Shown: positions 58,327 to 64,000 of the stretch, in pieces
How the letters are laid out: each line of letters begins with the position of its first letter
Position numbering within the stretch: the stretch's first letter is position 1
Assembly: GCA_038747425.1 (NCBI GenBank)
Contig: JBCDJV010000004.1
Coordinates: 35,692-99,691 of the forward strand
DNA from: Bacteroidota bacterium
GTDB lineage: Bacteria > Bacteroidota > Rhodothermia > Rhodothermales > JBCDJV01
Direction of reading: 5' to 3'
DNA: 64,000 nucleotides
Program-made: the position numbers and the translations under genes
The notes under the pieces: model-generated
What the model was told of the DNA's origin: nothing
Database searches by the model: none
What the model saw: only the letters and a program-made list of their open reading frames with translations

Positions 58327-61300
58327 ATGTCTGATTCCCCTGAACAGCTGTCCCCGGACGAGGCCCAGGAGATCCGCTCCTCCCGTGGCCCCATAGCCTA
58401 CATGGCCAAGAACGGGGTGGCCGCGAACCTGCTGATGCTGTTTCTGCTGGCCGCTGGCCTAGCGGCCTACACCAACATCGTGCAGGAGGTCTTCCCCGAG
58501 TTCAGCCTGGACGCCATCCAGGTGACGGTTCGCTATCCGGGCGCCACGCCCGAGGAGATCGAGGAGTCGATCATCCAGAAAATCGAAGAGCAGATCGAAG
58601 CGGTGGAGGGGATCGACGAGATCACGGCCACGGCGTCGGAGAACATCGGTGTGGTGACGGCCGAGCTGCAGCTGGGGACCGACGTGAGCCAGGCGCTGGA
58701 CGACATCAAGGCCGAGGTCGATCAGATCATCACCTTCCCCAACCAGGCTGAGCGGCCGGAGGTGCGTGAGCTGACCAACCGGCAGAGCGTGATCCGCATC
58801 GCCATCTACGGCGAGGCCTCGGAGCGGGCCCTCAAAGAGACGGCGTATCGGATCGAGGACGAGCTGTCCGCCTTGTCTGAGGTGTCCTTCGTGGAGACGA
58901 GCAGCATCCGCAACTACGAGGTGTCGATCGAGGTGCCGCAGGCCACGCTGCGGGCCTACAACCTGAGCCTCCCGCAGATCTCGCAGGCGGTGCGGCTGGG
59001 TAGCCTCGACCTCCCGGCTGGAAACATCGAGACGAGCCGCGAAGAGATCCGCGTCCGCACCCTGGGACAGAACTACACCCAGCAGCAGTTCGAGGACATC
59101 GTGGTGCTGAGCCGGCCAGATGGCACCACGCTTCGCCTCGGCCAGATTGCCGAGGTCCGGGACGACTTTGAGGACAGTGACCTCATCACCCGGTACAATG
59201 GCCAGCGCGCCGCCTTTGTCGAGGTCTTCCGCACCTCGGACGAGCGTGTGCTGGAGATCGTAGAAGCGGTGCAGGCCACCCTGAACGGCGAGATCGTGCC
59301 GTCCTTGCCAGCGGGCATCAACCTGTCCATCTGGGAGAACAACGCCACGGTGCTCGAAGATCGCTTGAGCTTGCTCATCCGCAACGCAGTCATCGGCCTG
59401 ATGCTCGTGCTGGCGGCGCTGACGCTGTTTCTGAACATCCGCCTCGCGTTCTGGTCGGCCGTGGGCATCGGGATTGCGTTTGTGGGCACGCTCGCGGTGA
59501 TGTACCTCATGGGCGTCTCGATCAATCTGCTCTCGCTCTTCGGCTTCATTCTGGCCATCGGGATTGTGGTGGACGATGCCATCATGGTGGGCGAGAACAT
59601 CTACGCGGAGCGCGAACGTGGGGCGCCGGGGCTGCTAGCGGCGCTCCGCGGAGGCCGTCGGATTGCCACCCCGGTCACGTTCGCCGTCCTGACCACGTGT
59701 GCGGCCTTCACCCCGTTGCTGTTTGTGCCCGGCACGCTCGGGAAGATCATGGGCAGTATCCCCGTCATCGTCATCTCGGTGCTGCTGCTCTCGCTGGTGG
59801 AGTCGCTGCTGGTGCTGCCCAACCACCTCTCGCACCTGCCAGACCCGAACCGCGAGGAGAAGAACCCGGTGTTTCGCTTCTTCGCCCGGTTGCAGGGGGG
59901 CGTAGACCGCCAGCTCCAGCGCTTCGTGAGCGGACCGCTGGACAAAGCGCTGCACTTCGCCACGGCGGCACCAAGCATCATCATCGCCACGGCGATCGGC
60001 CTCATCGTCCTCTCCGTGGCGCTCGTCCCGGCTGGTATTTTGCAGGTCGAGTTCTTCCCCGAGATCGAAGGCGACGTGGTGACAGCCAGCCTGGAGATGC
60101 CTGAGGGCACCACCGCGGACCAAACCAACCGAGTGGCTCAGCTCTTGGAGGAAGCGGGGTACCGCGCCGAAGAGCGCCTGGCTGGTGAGCGCGCGGACGA
60201 CGCACCGCCGCTGGTGGAGGACGTCTTTGCGTCCGTGGGCCAGCAGGCCAGCGGTGGAGGCCCGGACGCGAGCAACGGCTCCACAACCACCCAGCCCAGC
60301 ATCGCCTCGGTGCAGTTCAAGTTGCTCACTGCCGAAGATCGCGACGTGTCTGCGGTGCGCTTCGAGGACCTGTGGCGCGAGGAAATGGGGATGGTGCCGG
60401 GCGTCCGCTCGCTTACCTTCAGCTCGTCGATCATCGGCGTCGGCGCGCCGGTGCAGGTGGAGCTGTCGCATCCGAGCGATCAGGCCCTCAACGAGGCGTC
60501 CGATCGGGTGATGGAGGAGCTGGGCCGGTTCCAAGGCGTGTTTGACATTCGCAGCGACCAGGACCAGGGCACGCGCGAGATCCAGCTACGGCTCAAGCCG
60601 GCAGCGCGGACGCTGGGCCTGACGCTAGACGACCTCGCGCAGCAGGTCCGTGCGGCCTTCTTCGGCGCCGAGGCGTTGCGCGTGCAGCGTGGCCGGGAGG
60701 ACGTGCGTGTCTACATCCGCCTTCCCGAGCGCGAGCGGGACGCTATCGCGGACGTCGAGTCCTACCGCGTCCGGACCCCCACGGGCGGGAGCGTGCCCCT
60801 GCGGCAGGTGGCGACCGTCAGCTTTGGCAACGCCCCGGCCAACATCCAGCGGAAAGACGGACGGCGCGTGGTCACGATCACGGCCAACGTCACCCCCGCC
60901 GTGATTACCGGCCAGGAGGTGACGGCCCGGCTGACCGACGACATCCTGCCCCGTGTGCAGCAGAACTACCCGGACCTCGGCTACCAGTTTGGCGGCGAGC
61001 AAGAGGAGCAGGCCGAGTCCTTCGGAGCCTTGGCGCAGGGCTTCTTGCTGGCCCTCTTCGTGATCTACGCGCTCCTGGCGATCCCCTTCCGGTCGTACAT
61101 CCAGCCGATCATCATCATGGCCACGATCCCGTTCGGGATCATCGGAGCGCTGTTTGGGCACCTGCTGCTCGGCATCTCGGTGGGCTTGCTGAGCATCTTC
61201 GGCATCATCGGGCTGTCTGGCGTGGTGATCAATGACTCGCTGGTGATGATCGATTTCATCAACGAGCGATTACGGCGCGGGGCCGAGATCCGAGACGCCG

Positions 61301-61614
61301 TCATCGAGGGGGCGAAGGCGCGCTTCCGGCCGATCTTGCTCACCTCCGTGACCACGTTCCTCGGCGTCTCGCCGATCGTGTTCGAGCAGAGCATCCAGGC
61401 GCAGTTCCTGGTCCCCATGGCCGCCAGCATCGGCTTCGGGATCATCTTCGCCACGATCATCCTGATGCTGTTCGTGCCGGCCATCGCCATGGTGCAGCTC
61501 ACGCTGACCGCCCGTCTTACCGGCCGTGCCCCGCAAGATCAGCCGGGCTTCATGGAGGGCGATGGGTATACCGACGGTGCGCCGCAGCAGGTGGCGCCTA
61601 CACCGCAGGCGTAA
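58327..61614 (+). CDS. RND efflux permease (AcrB/AcrD/AcrF family)
   Basis: It is 1095 aa long with a 12-TM plus two large periplasmic loops architecture and VVDDAIMVGENI-type motifs. Confidence 0.95.
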   Translation: MSDSPEQLSPDEAQEIRSSRGPIAYMAKNGVAANLLMLFLLAAGLAAYTNIVQEVFPEFSLDAIQVTVRYPGATPEEIEESIIQKIEEQIEAVEGIDEITATASENIGVVTAELQLGTDVSQALDDIKAEVDQIITFPNQAERPEVRELTNRQSVIRIAIYGEASERALKETAYRIEDELSALSEVSFVETSSIRNYEVSIEVPQATLRAYNLSLPQISQAVRLGSLDLPAGNIETSREEIRVRTLGQNYTQQQFEDIVVLSRPDGTTLRLGQIAEVRDDFEDSDLITRYNGQRAAFVEVFRTSDERVLEIVEAVQATLNGEIVPSLPAGINLSIWENNATVLEDRLSLLIRNAVIGLMLVLAALTLFLNIRLAFWSAVGIGIAFVGTLAVMYLMGVSINLLSLFGFILAIGIVVDDAIMVGENIYAERERGAPGLLAALRGGRRIATPVTFAVLTTCAAFTPLLFVPGTLGKIMGSIPVIVISVLLLSLVESLLVLPNHLSHLPDPNREEKNPVFRFFARLQGGVDRQLQRFVSGPLDKALHFATAAPSIIIATAIGLIVLSVALVPAGILQVEFFPEIEGDVVTASLEMPEGTTADQTNRVAQLLEEAGYRAEERLAGERADDAPPLVEDVFASVGQQASGGGPDASNGSTTTQPSIASVQFKLLTAEDRDVSAVRFEDLWREEMGMVPGVRSLTFSSSIIGVGAPVQVELSHPSDQALNEASDRVMEELGRFQGVFDIRSDQDQGTREIQLRLKPAARTLGLTLDDLAQQVRAAFFGAEALRVQRGREDVRVYIRLPERERDAIADVESYRVRTPTGGSVPLRQVATVSFGNAPANIQRKDGRRVVTITANVTPAVITGQEVTARLTDDILPRVQQNYPDLGYQFGGEQEEQAESFGALAQGFLLALFVIYALLAIPFRSYIQPIIIMATIPFGIIGALFGHLLLGISVGLLSIFGIIGLSGVVINDSLVMIDFINERLRRGAEIRDAVIEGAKARFRPILLTSVTTFLGVSPIVFEQSIQAQFLVPMAASIGFGIIFATIILMLFVPAIAMVQLTLTARLTGRAPQDQPGFMEGDGYTDGAPQQVAPTPQA

Positions 61615-61661
61615 GCGAGGAGTTCCTCCGTGGCCAGAGCATGGGACCTGATGCGCATCCG

Positions 61662-61739
61662 GGGTTCGAGGACACCCTGCTTTCGCAGGGCTCCGCTCGG
61701 GATGACAAGGAAAACGGTCTCCGCGGCGTCCTCGAACCC
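61662..61739. terminator. 78-nt nested hairpin element between convergent genes (bidirectional terminator or small structured RNA)
   Basis: It has an outer 12-bp perfect stem GGGTTCGAGGAC / GTCCTCGAACCC and an inner hairpin CCCTGC-TTTC-GCAGGG. Confidence 0.4.
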
Positions 61740-61752
61740 TTGGCACCTCCTA

Positions 61753-62244
61753 TCAGGAGGCCGGGGCTTCGGCTTCCGTGGGGCGGGCGGTGATCAGCTC
61801 GCGGGCGAGGATGTACCCGGCGGCCACGCCGAACAGGGCGCCGGTGACGAGGCGGCTCGTGGGGGTGTTGACCCAGACCCCGAGGAGCCCCAACCCCCAA
61901 TCTACCCCGGCGGGGGCGAGGCTGGCCACGAGCAGCAGGCGCGTGTCTGGGCCGGTTTTGGGATCTGGCGTTCGCAGGCGGTAGAAGCCCCCTGCGAGGA
62001 GCCCGGCAAGGAGCCCCAGGTAGATGCCCCAGCAGCGGTGACACACGGCCAAGGTCACCCCGTCGATGGCCGGCGAGCGATCCGGGAGCTGGTGGCACAC
62101 CCAGGCAAAGGCCGCCCGCATCAGCCGTTGCCCGTCGGCTGAGAGCCAGGGTGGGGCGGCGGCCATCAGGAGGAGCACGGCCAGGGCACCGAGGGCACCC
62201 AGCCACAGGGGCGGAGCCAGGCGGTGGGAGCGGAGCGTGGACAT
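61753..62244 (-). CDS. DUF2085 family membrane protein
   Basis: It has CHQLPDRS and CHRCWGIYLG motifs. ATG 62244 was chosen within ORF 61753..62331. Confidence 0.75.
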   Translation of the reverse strand: MSTLRSHRLAPPLWLGALGALAVLLLMAAAPPWLSADGQRLMRAAFAWVCHQLPDRSPAIDGVTLAVCHRCWGIYLGLLAGLLAGGFYRLRTPDPKTGPDTRLLLVASLAPAGVDWGLGLLGVWVNTPTSRLVTGALFGVAAGYILARELITARPTEAEAPAS

Positions 62245-62324
62245 GGGCGGTGATGAAGAGCCAGCGAACGGCACAAGAACGATACACGTCCCTGGAACAC
62301 GTCTCGGGCACGCGTGTACAGTTG

Positions 62325-62351
62325 CTAGCACTCAATGCGGTAGAGTGCTAA
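62325..62351. promoter_or_regulatory. CIRCE operator (HrcA binding site) upstream of groES-groEL
   Basis: CTAGCACTC-AATGCGGTA-GAGTGCTAA compared with the consensus TTAGCACTC-N9-GAGTGCTAA gives 17 of 18 arm positions. Confidence 0.88.
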
Positions 62352-62528
62352 CAGGTATAACTGCATAGCACCTCTCCTACCGCAGACTTGATAGGTTGGT
62401 CCACAGTCCCACCCCGCTGGGCTCGTCGTCTTGGTTGAAGGCGGCACTGCAGAGGGGATGCTACAGGGGCGTGGCCCCACACGTTTTTCTACCTACCCAT
62501 TTGTAATTCAGCACGGAGGAATCACCCT

Positions 62529-62816
62529 ATGGCTCAGATCAAGCCGCTGGGCGACCGCGTCGTCGTCCGTCCGCAGGCCGCCGAAGAGAAAACGGCCAGT
62601 GGCCTCTTCATCCCGGATACCGCCAAGGAGAAGCCCCAGCGTGGCACCATCGTGGCCGTTGGCCCGGGCCGCGTGGAGAACGGCACCAAGATCGACATGT
62701 CCGTCAAGGAGGGGGACCAGGTCCTCTACGGCAAGTACGCCGGCACGGAGATCCAGCTTGGCGATGACGATGTCCTGATCATGCGCGAGAGCGACATCCT
62801 CGGCATCGTGTCCTAA
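62529..62816 (+). CDS. groES: co-chaperonin GroES
   Basis: [13 protein letters not shown]..., 95 aa, with GGAGGA upstream. Confidence 0.95.
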   Translation: MAQIKPLGDRVVVRPQAAEEKTASGLFIPDTAKEKPQRGTIVAVGPGRVENGTKIDMSVKEGDQVLYGKYAGTEIQLGDDDVLIMRESDILGIVS

Positions 62817-62891
62817 GGCTCCTCGCCTGGGACCCCATACTTCGCAACGAGGGCCAGCCTGTGGGCGCTCTTCGTTGCACTCCACCATTGA

Positions 62892-64000
<1,109 letters not shown>

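Noticed and set aside
61598-62335. A 245-aa minus-strand ORF in an alternative frame to the DUF2085 gene.
   Set aside because: It has Arg/Pro-rich composition. The other frame carries the diagnostic CHQLPDRS and CHRCWGIYLG motifs.

Overview
This is a high-GC (roughly 65%) bacterial chromosomal segment, densely packed with housekeeping genes. The gene set (cruF/crtB/cruC/cruD-type carotenoid genes, HrcA plus CIRCE, PntAB, HslVU, WG-repeat protein, PhoH) suggests a Rhodothermus/Salinibacter-like member of Rhodothermota/Bacteroidota, but that is inference only and cannot be verified here. I call about 60 protein genes. They cover meaB (partial), dapF, phoH, panDC, fumC, htrA, ppi, tmk, serA/serC with a DUF1015 gene, pntAA-AB-B, comM, purNH, mreBC, dacB, hslV/hslU, sod, hrcA-grpE-dnaJ, a tetR plus RND efflux operon, and groES-groEL (partial). 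There is also a carotenoid glycoside-ester cluster. One initiator-type tRNA-Met and one clear CIRCE operator are present. I found no rRNA, CRISPR array, transposase, integrase, prophage or recognisable defence or toxin-antitoxin genes, so I cannot support a new multi-gene system in this window. The unusual signals are smaller. (1) A family of short GC-rich intergenic repeats and palindromes is shared between distant gaps. (2) G-rich tandem arrays occur just after stop codons, one with a G-quadruplex-type spacing inside the carotenoid operon. (3) A 790-aa fusion protein joins an apparently circularly permuted flavoprotein to a NapH-like membrane module. (4) A NYN-domain gene sits between hslV and hslU, and HslV carries a proteasome-like Gly/Thr propeptide junction. 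(5) A 78-nt nested hairpin lies between two convergent genes. Most long ORFs antisense to the called genes are GC-driven shadow ORFs.
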